DNA from: Sphyrna mokarran
Lineage: Eukaryota
Direction: 5' to 3'
Assembly (NCBI GenBank): GCA_024679065.1
Contig: JAGIQG010000007.1
Location: 50,344,001 to 50,408,000 of the forward strand
Length of the DNA: 64,000 bases
The notes below the pieces were generated by a model. That model had not been told where the DNA came from. It ran no database searches and saw only the letters and a program-made list of their open reading frames with translations. Below, piece by piece: positions 13,266 through 26,044 of the stretch (the stretch's first letter is position 1; the number at the start of each line of letters is the position of its first letter). A program made the position numbers and the translations under genes.

Positions 13266-14865
13266 TTATAGAGTCAGAAGTTTACAGTCTGGAAACAGGG
13301 CCTTTGGTTCAACTTGTTCACGCCGTCCTTTTTTTTTTTTGAAAACTGCTAAGCTAATCCCAATTGTTTGCATTTGCCCATATCCCTCTATACTCATCAT
13401 ACCCATCATACCCATGTAACTATCTAAATGATTTTTAAAAGATAAAATTGCACCTGCCTCTACTACTATCGCTGGCAGTTTGTTCTTGACACTCATTACC
13501 CTCTGTGGAAAAAAATTGCCCCTCAGGACACTCTTGTATCTCTATCCTCTCACTTTAAACTTATGCCCTCTAATTTTAGATTTCTCTGTCTTTAGGAAAA
13601 GATATTGACTATCTACCTTGTCATTGCCCCTCATTATTTTAAGACCTCTATAAGGTCACCCCCTCAGCTTTCTACGTTCCAAAGGGAAAAAGCCCCAGTC
13701 TATTCAGCTTCTCCCTATAACTCAATCCATCAAGTCTGTCACATCCTAGTAAATCTTTTCTGCACTCTTTCTAGTTTAATAATATCCTTTCTATAATCGG
13801 ATGACCAGAATGGCACACAGAATTCTAAGTATGGCCATACCAATGTCTTGTACAACTTCAAGAGACCCCAACTCCTATATTCAGTGTTTTGACTGATGAA
13901 ACCAAGCATGCTGAATGCCTTCTTCACCGTTCTGACCATCTCTGACTCCACTTTTAAGGAGGTATGAACATGCACCCCTATATCTTTTTGTTCTATAACT
14001 TTCCCCAACACCTTACTGTTAACTGATTAAGTCCTGCCCAGATTCAATCTACAAAAATGTATCACCTTGCATTTGTCTAAACTCCATTCGTCAGCCTACT
14101 GACCCAATTGATCAAGATCTCATTGCAATTGCAGATAACTTTCTTAACTGTCCACTATGACACCAATCTTGGTGTCATCTGCAAACTTACTAACCATGCC
14201 CCCTATGTTCTCATCCAAATCACCGATATAAATGAGAAATAACAGTCGGCCTGTCACTGATCGCTGAGGCAATTCGCTGGTCATAGGCCTCCAGTTTGAA
14301 AAACAACACTCTACAACCATTCTTTGGTTTCTGCCAAGAAGCCAATTTTGTATCTATTTAGTTACCTCACCCTGGATCTCATGAGATTTAGCTTTTGCAA
14401 CAACCTACCATGTGGTATCTTATCAAAGACCTTGCTAAGGTCCATGTAGGTAATATCAGCTACACTGTTTCATCTACTTTCTTTGTTATCCCTTCAAAAA
14501 ACTCAATCAAATTTGTGAGACATGATTTTCCACTCAAAACCATGCTGACTGTCCCTAATCAGTTCCTGCATCTCAATGCCTGTAGATCCTGTTTCTCAAA
14601 AAAGCTTCCAAAAATTTACCCACCACAGATGAGGCTCATTGGCCTGTAGTTCCCAGGCTTTTCCTTGAAGCTCTTTTTAAACAAAGGCACAATATTTGCC
14701 ATTCTCCAATCTTCAGGCATCTTGCTCGTAACTATCGCTGATTCAAGTATCTCAGCCAGGGGACCTGCAATTTCCTCCCTGGCCTCCCACACTGTGCTGG
14801 GATAGGTCCCAGGGATTTATCTACCTTGATGTGCTTTAAGACTTGAAGCACCACCACCACTGTAA
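13266..14865 (-). mobile_element. CR1 LINE 3' fragment, decayed
   Basis: ORFs 13266-13496 and 13739-14011 (LYKTLVWPYLEFC..LERVQKRFTRM); tail gggccaaaggccctgtttcc-like. Confidence 0.9.
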
Positions 14866-16039
14866 TATGCCAAGGAAGTCAGATAAATTAGTTTTCAGAA
14901 GAATAATGGTTTAGAAATAATGGTCATGAAGGCATTTTAATGGTTGAAGTTTTTTAAGGTTAAACTAAAGATGCTGGAATTTTTAAATCTTGGTGCTAAC
15001 TGTACTGACTATAGAATTGTGGTCTTGCAAATAAGTTTCAAATTTTAAAGTTGAAGGGAAGTCATTTTCATGATTACTCCTGGTGTGACATACTACTACA
15101 TACAGAAATAAAATAAGGGAATAAATGGAAAGAAGTATAGGAGGAAAAGGGGTTGTGTTTCTGGAACATGGACAAATTCTAGAATAATGTATTCTGCAAA
15201 GATTGGATGGGCATCTCCCCACAGCATTGAAACCAATACCCTTGCTAGAAAAGCAGCTACTGCTTATGGAGACCCATTAAATATGGGAAAGGAAGGTTGA
15301 GGAGAAAGAAAAACAAGTGCCAATTTTCTACATAGTGAGCATTGAATGCAGAAGTAAAGAATTTGTACAAGTGAATCATGAGATCACTTAGCATACTTCA
15401 TTTCACTCCAAAATTATCACTGGAGAGAAAGGTTAGGATTGATTTTTTTTTATGTAGATGAATTGTTTTGTCACAGGGTGGAGTTAAGACTGATTATTGC
15501 CTTTTCTGGCAGACTAGTTGAATATTTTTAGATTGATTACCAATGTATGTAAAATGGTGCAAGGGTAGTGTTTCTCATTGACCGTCCTAGTGTGTGGTTT
15601 TGCACCATTAGTTTTGGGCATTCAGTAAGTCATGCATAAATTCCTCAGGTTCTTCCAATGCTCAGCATTATTGAATGCAACTGTCCATGCTGCACTAACT
15701 TACATGTATCTGTACGAGACATTCACCAGTCCGCATTACATTGAAATCTATCTGTATTCTTTTCATTTAATTTTTTCCATCCAGCTGCATGACCTGCATA
15801 CTTAAGTTTTCCCCACCATTTGACCAGCAAATGCTTCCATTTGGATTACTGATGGCAAGGTTTGGCCATTGGTTCATAACACTATGCATCTTTCTTTCCA
15901 TTCACTGAAAAGGCTTGATGTGCAACAATTTTTGATTAGTTAAATTAAATGTTTCATTCATGCTTTTTGTAAGTCAGCAAAGGTAGAGTTGTTTCCTTAA
16001 TGTAACTAAATTACAGAATCTTTGGTTTGAACTTAACAG

Positions 16040-16388
16040 GTTAACAAAAGGGAGAGGCTAGAACAGCCAGAAAACTTCAATATTACACCATCTGAAAGCA
16101 CTCACTTCAGAGTCATCCTCAGTTCTGATGCCATGGGTGTGGATGTCAATGCTGGGGAAGCCGAAACTCATCAAGTGCTGAAACCTGAGGCTAGAGCACT
16201 TATGAGCATTGGCCAGACAGTTGCTGACAGTGAAGTTGCATCTTCTGAGGAAATTCCCATTTCACAATCCCCACAGAGCATCCCAGCAACAGGAGCCTCT
16301 GTAATGTCTCAGATGGACAGTGCTCCTACAGTACCTGAAACACAGATTCCAGCTGTTACAAAATTAGACTCACCATCAAAGACAAAAG
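16040..16388 (+). CDS. LPIN2: LPIN2 exon (VNKRERLE...THFRVI...DSPSKTK)
   Basis: aacag|GTT...AAAG|gtaatg, 349 nt, THFRVI motif. Confidence 0.92.
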
Positions 16389-17552
16389 GTAATGGCTTCG
16401 CATACTGGTCCCACTGCTTATTTTGATTATGTATAGGAGCATGAACATTTGACTAATTCAACTGTAGTACTGATTAGTATTGCTCATCAATGGGTGAGAT
16501 ATCCAAAAGAAATTTGTATTTTGGGAGATTTTCAAAAGCCTAAAACTGTGGTTGATTTCCTTCGAGTGTTGCTGGAGTTCTGAGATATCTGTAGAAAATC
16601 AGTAACTAAACTCGACTGAAGCAATGATTATTTATATTGTGGTGTGGACCAATGCTTTCTGGTGTTAAACATGCCTCAAGGGCTGAATTTTGCCAGGTTT
16701 CTGGACTGGGAATCCAGAAGTGAAGCTAGCGAGATGTTTGCAATCTTCCTGGAAGTGGCCAATTAAGAAGTCAGCTCTCAAGTTCTGTCTGATTAAGGTG
16801 AATCAAGACGATTATAAAAAAAATTTAAAGACGCAATGCTACCATCATAGGTTGACCACTTCCAGGCAATGGCTGGGCTTTGGCCATTGTGAGGATTTTA
16901 TCCACTATAAGAATGATTCTGGCAGTGCCACTCATTTGGCCCCAAGTGAAGACTTAATTAAGCCTAATTAGTACCCACTGCTGCTGGACAAGTACCTGGG
17001 TCCAGTCAGACCCTGCCTCTGGCATGAGATTTTCCTACCTCTGCAGGACTGAGAAGACCAGGCCACTTTGTTCTATCCATGTCCACTTTGAAATATAGTT
17101 GTTCTTTTGTAGTTGACTGTCTTGTGTCCTTTTAAAATATAACAAAATTGAGAGCTGTTTAAGGTTTTGATGCCTATGACAGTGTGTAAGACTATAGCCA
17201 ATATTACATTTAGTTTGTTAATCTTGAATAGCATTAATAAATGTAATAAATATAAATGTTCACTCCTCTTTGCATGCCAGTGACGCGAATCATCTACAAG
17301 ACCTGATCTCTGAGCTTTCAAAATTCTTAAACCTATGCAGTTGGTAAAAGGGTGTACAGAATTCAGAGTTTTATGAATAGAGGTGGGGTGAAAGTAGTTA
17401 TATTGTGAATAATTATTCTTTACTTCCCTTGCACCAGGAAAACAAAACATCACAAGGAATTAGGATATGAACATTATTTAAGAATCTGGAAAACTGTTGG
17501 ATTTAACACTTATTATTTCTGTTATTTAGTCTAACATTTTGTATTTGTGTAG

Positions 17553-17646
17553 GTCTCCATAAACGAAGTCAGCATCAGGGACCAAATGACATTTATTTAG
17601 ATGATTTGACTGATTTGAAACCTGAGGTTGCTGCTCGCTATTTAAG
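17553..17646 (+). CDS. LPIN2: LPIN2 exon ([30 protein letters not shown])
   Basis: gtag|GT...TTAAG|gtttgt, 94 nt, phase fits the next exon. Confidence 0.9.
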
Positions 17647-18423
17647 GTTTGTGTTTTTGGGTTTTGACAGCTTCCAAAGTGGTTAAGCAATCCATCTTTT
17701 TTCAAATTATTGAGCAATTGCTGGGATTCAGTTTTCACTTGAGCAGAGTGATGAGAGATTCAAAAGTGGCAGTGAATCCATGGTCTGGCTTTTAGTCCAA
17801 ATGCCCATGCAAGTAGCTTGTACCTTCCTTGTGTGCTCAAAGGAGTTAAATTCCACTGGATCAAGAAGCACACTAGTCATTAATGCACCCAGTGAAACAA
17901 GGTTCATATTCAATGGAAGTTCTCTCTTTTGAGTCTCTCCAGCCCTGTTTTTGTAAAGATTGCAATAATGCTATTTACAAAATGTCCATTAGTAATGCAC
18001 TCTCAGCACATTGCATAAAGCTGGAGACCAAGTAAGGAAGGATGGTCATGTAAAATTAGTGTAGTGTGATTTATTTGGGCCTTGTAGCTACCAGGTTGTC
18101 TCAGTCCTGACAGATGTCTCTGGGTGAGAGTTGGATTGGCTGCTTAACTCTTATCTTCAACTTTTTTGTCAATTTGATCTCAACAGTTTACTTGTACTTG
18201 AAAACAATAAAGTTTGATGTGAATGGTAGTGGAAAGATGATACTATTGTTCAACACTCATTTCCCTATAAAGATGTTGGGCCCCTTAACCTGCTCAGTTC
18301 CTGTTGCCCTTATAATGAGTTGGGTGTGGAATTCCAGGGTGTTAACCTCAGTGATGCATGGCAAGTTATTTGTATAGCTCTTTCTGATGATACACTGAAA
18401 ATGACCTTTTTTTTTCTCTATAG

Positions 18424-18611
18424 TGAGTTTGACAGCAATTCCAAACGATGGACTGAATCAGACACTCACTCTGAGTCTCAGTCGCCACAGTCGGTGGGAA
18501 GTGCAGCAATGGATAGTGGCACAGAATGCCTCTCTGATTCAGCAAATGACCTGCCAGATCTTGTGTTCTCACTCTGTGGAGGTCTCAGTGAAAATACCGA
18601 GATTTCCAAAG
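18424..18611 (+). CDS. LPIN2: LPIN2 exon (EFDSNSKRW...SQSPQSVGS...[14 protein letters not shown])
   Basis: atag|T...AAAG|gtacag, 188 nt; Ser-rich region and SLCGGL. Confidence 0.94.
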
Positions 18612-19738
18612 GTACAGTAAATGATGGAAACTGAAGACTTAAAAAAAAATTGTGGAAAACTTCAGTACGTCTTTTATGTTTTCACTCATTCTTAAATTTT
18701 AAGAGGAAGGAGATGTCTCTTTGTTGTCCTTTTGTTACCACAATTAGTGTGTCTGCAATAGAGAAAAACCATTGGCTTCACTGATCAATAATGGTGTTTT
18801 AGTTTCCTTCCACCCTCTTCATCTCACTGTCAACTGACCTTTAGATGACGAGTGCATCTGAGACAGAAGGTGAAAACTGTTCAGCCAATATTTGACTACG
18901 TTTCATTACTGTTGAGGACTGAGTTGAAAGCACAGACCTGGTCGACTCACTTTGATCTCAGCCAGGGTGCTATTATTCAACACACTCTTGCGTGATTTGA
19001 AAATATCATCTGCAGCTTTTGTGATTCATGTGTTGATTTCAGCATCAAGTGACAGATTGGTGATTGTAGAGCCTGTGATATGCAAAGCTATCAAGTGCTG
19101 ATAGATGTTGGTATGGCAGCATTCTGGACCATGACATTTGTTGTCCTTGTGCTGATGGCCAAACAAACCACTTTTTTTTGCTGCATTATAATTGACGCTT
19201 AAATTGTCACTGATTAGATTTCTCTTTTTCTAGTATGGAAATGGTAATAGATGAATAATCCATTAATGGTACCTTTTCCAACCGCTCTGCCCATTCTTCA
19301 TTTTCAGATAACAATCTGATTCCCTCTTGAATGCCTCAGCTGAATATGCATTCAGGCAGCATATTTCCAGATCCTAGCCACTTGCTGCATGAAAAAACCT
19401 TTTCCTCCTGTCACCACTGATTTGTTTTTTGCTAATTATCTTAAATCTGTGCCCTCTTGCACTGAGCCAATCTGAAGGTGAATGTCAGAAACAAAAGGGT
19501 GAATTTCACCTGAGTTTTTCATGAACAGCTTAGAACAGGTTTTGATCTGGTGAAAGGGGGGCAAGGAAGTAACTTGGATGAAAATGGGATTCACCCACAT
19601 CTCTCAAAGGGAGAACAAGAAGAGGTAGGTTAACATATTCAAATAGATCCCTAGTTAATGGGTAGTTAACATCTAAAGGGACAAAAATCATTCAAGCATT
19701 GAAATAACTGTTAAATGGTGTCTTGCATTCTTTTGCAG

Positions 19739-19832
19739 AGAAATTCTTGCAACATGTTGTTACCTATCATGAATTTGCAGAAAATCCTGGGATTATTGAT
19801 GATCCTAACCTTGTTTTAAGAATTAATAACAG
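19739..19832 (+). CDS. LPIN2: LPIN2 exon (M-Lip: [30 protein letters not shown])
   Basis: gcag|AG...AACAG|gtaggg, 94 nt. Confidence 0.95.
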
Positions 19833-20906
19833 GTAGGGTAATCAGTAATATTGTCATGTGTTCTCTTTATTGTGTCTGAGCTTGTATGAAGGGAATTTAT
19901 ATTTGAACTGAAATATGTTTTTTGAGTACAATTTATACAAGTTGCTGTCTTTTCTTTTATTGTTTCCAATTTTGTATACTTCTAATGAAACGTACCTTTC
20001 ACTCTCCAATTTTAAATCATTAAGTTACAGATTCTGACCAACTAGGCTTTTTTATTTTCAAATCCAGCAGTTTGTATTGCCTTGTACAATTTTGAGTTTT
20101 TAGCAAAGACATATTCAAATTTTTTATTATTGAATTGAAGAAATTAAGTAAAAGCATATGAGATCCGGGACATTCAAAATACTTGGGAATGGTAGGAAAT
20201 GCAAACATTTTAAATGGGTGAAAAATGGGGCCAGTCGAATGTTTAAACATATATTAAGCAGAGTCGCATTGAAAACCAGGCATTTCACAATGTATTGTGC
20301 TGAATTAAACAGATGGAGCAGTTGTATGCAGCTTTTGACTTCAAATGAACTTTAGACTGGGCCTGGATCCCATATGTATATATTAATCCACCCCTGAATG
20401 GTTCAGTGGGTAAATTCCATATCCATTGTGGTACTGAGGCATAGCATTCAGAAGCATTCCAGTGCTCGACTCTCGTTTGTTAGCTTGTCTGAACTGGAGA
20501 GGTGAGAGGGTCACAATTGTCTTGGTGTCCCTGGGCTGGCTTGCTGGAGTAGAATATGAACAATTGTATTGCTGGCCATTGTATTATGGGAAAGATGGGG
20601 ATTGTGTGCCAACTGGAAATGAGGAGGAACCTGGAGTGTTTAAGCATAGCAACAAAAGGACTTTTGTTTCTCTGTTATGCCTGTGTATGCCTCTTCTGAA
20701 ATTCTGTGAATGACATTGAGTTGAACTCTTGAGTTGCAGCTTGTTTCTTTAATGTAACCTTTTGATTAGTGAAAGACCCTTTTAGGCTTTATGTCCAATA
20801 TTCTTGCTATAGCCAAAATTATGACAATCTTGCATGTTTTTTTTGCTGCAGACACATAGTTTAAGTTCTCTTTTTTCTGGATTTTGTAAAATATTTAATT
20901 TTACAG

Positions 20907-20976
20907 ATACTATAATTGGACATTAGCTGCTCCCATGATTCTCAGCATGCAAGCTTTCCAAAAGTGTCTCCCTAAG
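20907..20976 (+). CDS. LPIN2: LPIN2 exon ([23 protein letters not shown])
   Basis: acag|A...AAG|gtaaag, 70 nt. Confidence 0.95.
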
Positions 20977-22432
20977 GTAAAGAAAAACACCTTCAATCTT
21001 TTTGGGATCACTTGCATATTTAATTTGTTGCAAATAAAATTAGAATCTAACTATAGTTGGGAGTAGTGTTTGAGCAATACCATCTGTATTATGAACAGAA
21101 TTGTATATTTTAAAATCCATATATTGGTTGCAACACTAAAATCCTTCACATGACTTTCTGCAAAAATTTGCAGAAAATAAAAAGGATGTCATGATGCCAG
21201 ATCCATTGACTGTGCGTAGAGACAGAAATTGCCTTCTGGATGTTAGGTGATGAGAAAAGGCCAGTTAAGTCAGGTGTTGGCTGGTGATGATGGCCAAATT
21301 TACAATAAGTTACAATTCAGAAAGAGACCCTTTGGCCTCTTCCATTGACTCTGATAATCAACTTAATCCTATCTTCTGGCCAATTCCCCCTACCATTTTT
21401 AACTAAATATTTATGCACTTCCCCCTTGAAATATACAATAGTTCTGTTGGCAACAGCCTTTCTAATAAGGTATCCTAAATTCAAAAACTCCTGAGGCTTT
21501 TAAAGACAATTTAATGATTATAAATCTATACCCTTAGATTACCAAGCAGTGGAAGTAGTTTATTCCAGTTTACATTATCAAAATTTTGGACATTCAGTAA
21601 ATGATCTATTGAGGTGGATTATTTTCATTTGGTGCTCCTGTGCTGATGGCGGTGAAGGCTCGTCCTTGAGAGGCAGTTTCTGCCACAAAGTGGCACGTAG
21701 TAAATTGCTAAGTGACATTGTTTTTGGTGTTGACATTTAATGCCACCCTGCTGTAGCTACAGATTGTCATCTTAACTCAGAAGTGTCACCATTCTTCTTG
21801 CCAGCTAGGTAGTTGCCAGATGCGATAGTTGTTGTTTAGGGCCCTGATTTTGTGTTTTGGAACATGCTTGAAGCAGAGCCCCGGGTGTCTTCTGGCCATC
21901 TGACTGCAACGTTCTCACAGCAAGTAGATTATAGAAGGAATAAATTGTGCTGTTGGTTCTTAACCTTTCCACCAGAGGGCACCAATTTAAAGTAAATGGT
22001 TAAAAAAAATTAAAGGCATCATGATGAAAACTATTGTGCAGAGAGTGGGTAACATCTGAAATGCACTCCCTGAAAGTATAGTGGAGGCAGGTTCACAATG
22101 GAAGTGGATCTCTAAAAAGAGATTTACTTTGCCACAGGGGGAATGGAATAGGGGCTACTTGAGCTGCTTTTGTAGAGAGCTGGCACAGGTGTGATGGGTC
22201 ACATGTTTGCCTCTTGTGCTATAACTTCTATTATACAATATTAGCAGGTTAAATAATACAATGTAAATTATTTCAGCTATTTGCAAAGTATTTAAACTCT
22301 AGATGTGAGGAAACTAGAAAATATGATAACAGTTAAACAAACCTATGAATGGGGAATATTGTTTTTGTTTAATTTTGTTGTGTCTAATAGATCTCTTGTC
22401 TTTTTAAAAAAATGTAACTTCTATACCTATAG

Positions 22433-22522
22433 GCAACAATTGATAATTGGGTGAAAGTGAAGATGCCAAAGAAATCCGGCAGGTGGTGGTTCTGGCGCAA
22501 GAGGGACAATGTTGTCAAACAG
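22433..22522 (+). CDS. LPIN2: LPIN2 exon ([30 protein letters not shown])
   Basis: atag|GCA...CAG|gtattg, 90 nt, GRWWFW motif. Confidence 0.95.
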
Positions 22523-23416
22523 GTATTGGTATTGCTGATTTGTTCCAATATCGATGGAATGGAGTCATGGTGACACTGTGCTAACAAAGGTTCTGATTTA
22601 CAACTTTTATTCCTCCTTTACTTGGGAAAAATTCAAATTCACCTCCCTCTTTGGCTGAGGGTGTACCGTATTTCTGCTGCGTGTCACCTCCACTGCTAGG
22701 CGTGGATATGACATTATCCACGGTGACTAGAGACAAGGGAATTGAGGGTTATGGGGAGAAAGCGGGAAAGTGGAACTATGCATTTAAGATAAGCCATGAT
22801 CTTGAATGGTGGGGTGGGCTCAAAGGGCCAGATGGCCTACTCCTGCTCCTATCTTTTATATTCTTATGTTCTTATAAAGATTAAAGACTGACTTGCATTC
22901 ATTGGTTCCTCAGAGTTTATGTTCTGTTGCAAAATCAAATTACGTTTCATTTAAATACAAGAGTCACAACCGAAATCACATTCTTTGTCAACACAAATAC
23001 TAAAACCATTAACAGAAGTGGTTAAAAACATTTCCTATCGTATCAGAAAAATAATGGTTTCCTTCTGGTACAAATAAGTCAAGTAATGCATGGTTTGTTT
23101 AAATATAAGGGGCATGATTTCTTCCCAAAAAGCTAAATGCCCAGCAGGCAGGAATTTTTCCCACCTTTTTTTGGGACACACTTAGTGGGATGAATTCCAG
23201 GTGGAAACTGGCAATAAATGCGAAGTAACAGGATCAAAACTTTTTAGTAGCCTTCACTGCTACCAGATATGGGCAAGAGGAGAAAGAGGATTTTTGATAA
23301 ACCTTTCCTGAGCAGATTAAAATGTTGACTGAACTGTATATGTTCTGTGCATCTTCTCATTCTACGGTTTCTTGTGATGGTCGCTATAATAATGGTTTCT
23401 ATGCGCATTCCCATAG

Positions 23417-23481
23417 CCTGAAACAAAACAAGAGAAATCGAACGAAAACAACAAACCTGATCAAAACTCTTCCACCAGCAG
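23417..23481 (+). CDS. LPIN2: LPIN2 low-complexity linker exon (PETKQEKSNENNKPDQNSSTS)
   Basis: atag|CCT...CAG|gtaggt, 65 nt. Phase 0 to 2 is needed to bridge the flanking exons; the sequence is poorly conserved. Confidence 0.75.
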
Positions 23482-24110
23482 GTAGGTATTAACATTTCAT
23501 TTTAACTTCTGGTAAAAATGATTTTAATTAAGCTGCATTAGAGTTTTTTTATATTCAGGCATTCTTGCTTGTGGAGGAATTTTCATGTTTCTCTCATCAG
23601 AGACCTCTGCTCCTGTCCTGCAATGTCCATAGGTTGGGAGGAAACTCCACTCACTCCTAGAAGGAATGCATGTATCAATGTAGTGGAGGGTGAGAGAAAG
23701 GAATGTTCTTAAGCTGATTAAAGAAACGCTATTACTTGCTGTAGTCACATGAGAACCCTTTGGAGGACGTATTTCCAATAGCTTCAACTTCAGTGCAAGA
23801 GTCCATTGAAAATCTATGGACAAGCATAATGAACATAGCATTGTTCATCATATCTACTATTCTGTCAGTTAAATGAGGTTCTGTTGAATTTTAAAATTGA
23901 GTAATTTTACAAATTAAAATGAAAAAAAAGTTTCTATTTGTTTACATCAATTTAATGTCATATCCACAAGATCTGTGATTCCACTTGAAGTCAGCTCTCT
24001 TAATATGTATTATGATATTGAATACTCTTAGGAAGATTATAAATTCTTGCTTGCTGTTTTCCACCATTTTTGTGAATGTTTTAACCCATTTATCAACATG
24101 TTGATATTAG

Positions 24111-24255
24111 ATCCAAAGAAGGTGACTCCTCGAGTGATGAAGATTCAACTAACTTAAGTGGACCAATCACTAGTAATCTAAATATGTCAGAGAGCAAAAA
24201 TCAGGGATGTTCCATCTCTTACAAGAAGTCTCTGCGATTGTCCTCAGAACAAATT
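24111..24255 (+). CDS. LPIN2: LPIN2 exon (SKEGDSSSDED...SYKKSLRLSSEQI)
   Basis: ttag|A...ATT|gtaggt, 145 nt, YKKSLRLSS motif. Confidence 0.94.
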
Positions 24256-24944
24256 GTAGGTATTTTTCTCATTATATGATTAGCCTGTTGTAGTTAATTA
24301 GAAATGTGCTGGTGCACTATTGTTTTACCCACTTGCGTTGGATAGTCAGAACTACATTGATCTTTTCCTCTTTCATTCAATGCAGAGTGTCTGACTCTAG
24401 AAAGGATTGAGTGGTTAGTTGCTATTCTGAGACATTTGTGCTTGTGCATGTACTGACTTGCAATAATAGTTGTCAGATAAACTCAATGTAACTGAAATGG
24501 ACTGTTATCAGTATGTTTAATTTCAGAAACAGATGCTTCAAAATCCTTGTTGGAATATGATTCAAAAGATGAAAAATTTGCTTTGCAATAGACCAACAAC
24601 TGAAAAACGTAAAATGGCATTTAGCCCCCTGGAGATTTTCTGTCAAAATTCGTACAAATATGAGAGTTTTGCATTCAAATTCAAGTAACCTTTTCCATTA
24701 CACTAATCGCTATTTTCCCATCCTTTCTTGATGCAGTCATGATATCAGAGGACTAATGTACCTTTTGACGGTAAACTGAATAGTTAAAGGCCAGTCAACC
24801 TAACATCAATAGTGGGCAAGTTTTTGGAGTAAAGCAAATTCTGAAGTATTCATTTACAGAGGCAAATATCAATTGTTGAAAGTTAGCATTCTTTTGTTAA
24901 GAAAAAGTAGTGTCTGACTTATTTGAATTTTTCTGAGGCGGTTG

Positions 24945-25262
24945 ATGAACAGCACGACAGCTCAGTGACTATCACTGTTGCTGTGCAGATACAGGGATTT
25001 GGGCCAGTATCTGTGGAGTTTGAGCATTCTCCCCATGCTTGTGTGGGTTTTCTCCGGGTGCTCTGGTTTCTTGCCACACCCCAAAGATGTGCTCTTAAGC
25101 TGATTGGCGCAACAAATTGACCCTGAATAGTCTCTCCAAATTTGGCTCCAGTGCAGATTTCTGTAAATATAGACAAGGGTTATGGAGGGAAGTGAGAATG
25201 TTAAAATGGCGGCGCGGGCTCGTTGGACCAAAGGGCCTGTTTCCCGGGTTGTTTTGTTCTTT
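24945..25262 (+). mobile_element. Isolated 3' module (degenerate V-SINE body + tail) of the composite CR1 family
   Basis: Aligns with the reverse complement of 56979-57295 and 9441-9754, and shares their diagnostic substitutions. Confidence 0.85.
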
Positions 25263-25600
25263 GTTAGTATCGCTGCCTCTGAGCGCCAGGAACCCAGGTT
25301 CGATTCCAGTTTTAAGTGACTGTGTGGACTTTGCATGTTCTTCCTATATTTATGTGGGTTTCCTCTGGGTACTCTGTTTCCTCTCATAGTTAAAGGATGT
25401 GCAGGTTAGGTGGGTTGGCAATGTAAATTTTCCCCTTACTTTTCAAAAGTGTATGGGTTAAGTGGATTAGCCATGGTAAATGCCCAGGGTTACAATATAA
25501 GATGGAGGGAAGGGCCTGAATGGGATGTGCCTTTGGAGAATTGGTGCAGATTTGATGGACTGGATGACCTCTTTCTGACTGGGCTTCTAGGGTTCTGTCT
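25263..25600 (+). mobile_element. HE1-like V-SINE, 5'-clipped
   Basis: B box GGTTCGATTCC, V-type core GTGGGTTTCCTCTGGGTACTC, degenerate CR1-type tail. Confidence 0.75.
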
Positions 25601-25895
25601 CTAATCTGAGCTGGGATGATAACACAAGTGCAACAACTGGCCTTGGTATTTTGGATGCGAGTTGAACAATAAATTAACTTAGAATCCTGACTCCAATCCT
25701 GTCATCTGCTGACATGGATGTTAGTCATAGGGCACCTTTGGGCTACTTGCAGGCATCTGAGGAATGGATATTACAGGAGCATGGCTATTATCAGTGTAAC
25801 TCTCCTCCAGGGTGTCATGTTGGGAGATTGATTTGACTTAATGTACCTCAAGTTTTTTATTTATGCAGAACAGCCTATTTTTTTGTATTCCCTAG

Positions 25896-26044
25896 GCCAG
25901 CCTTAAATTGAAAGAAGGGCCGAATGATGTGGTATTTAGTATAACAACTCAGTATCAAGGTACCTGTCGCTGTGAAGGAACCATATACCTCTGGAACTGG
26001 GATGATAAAGTCATCATATCAGATATCGATGGAACAATAACCAA
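25896..26044 (+). CDS. LPIN2: LPIN2 exon with HAD catalytic motif DIDGT (26022-26036)
   Basis: ctag|GCC...ACCAA|gtaggt, 149 nt: [49 protein letters not shown]. Confidence 0.97.

Noticed and set aside
22381-22432. Alternative upstream acceptor 42 nt before the RWWFW exon
   Set aside because: The extension contains an in-frame TAA.
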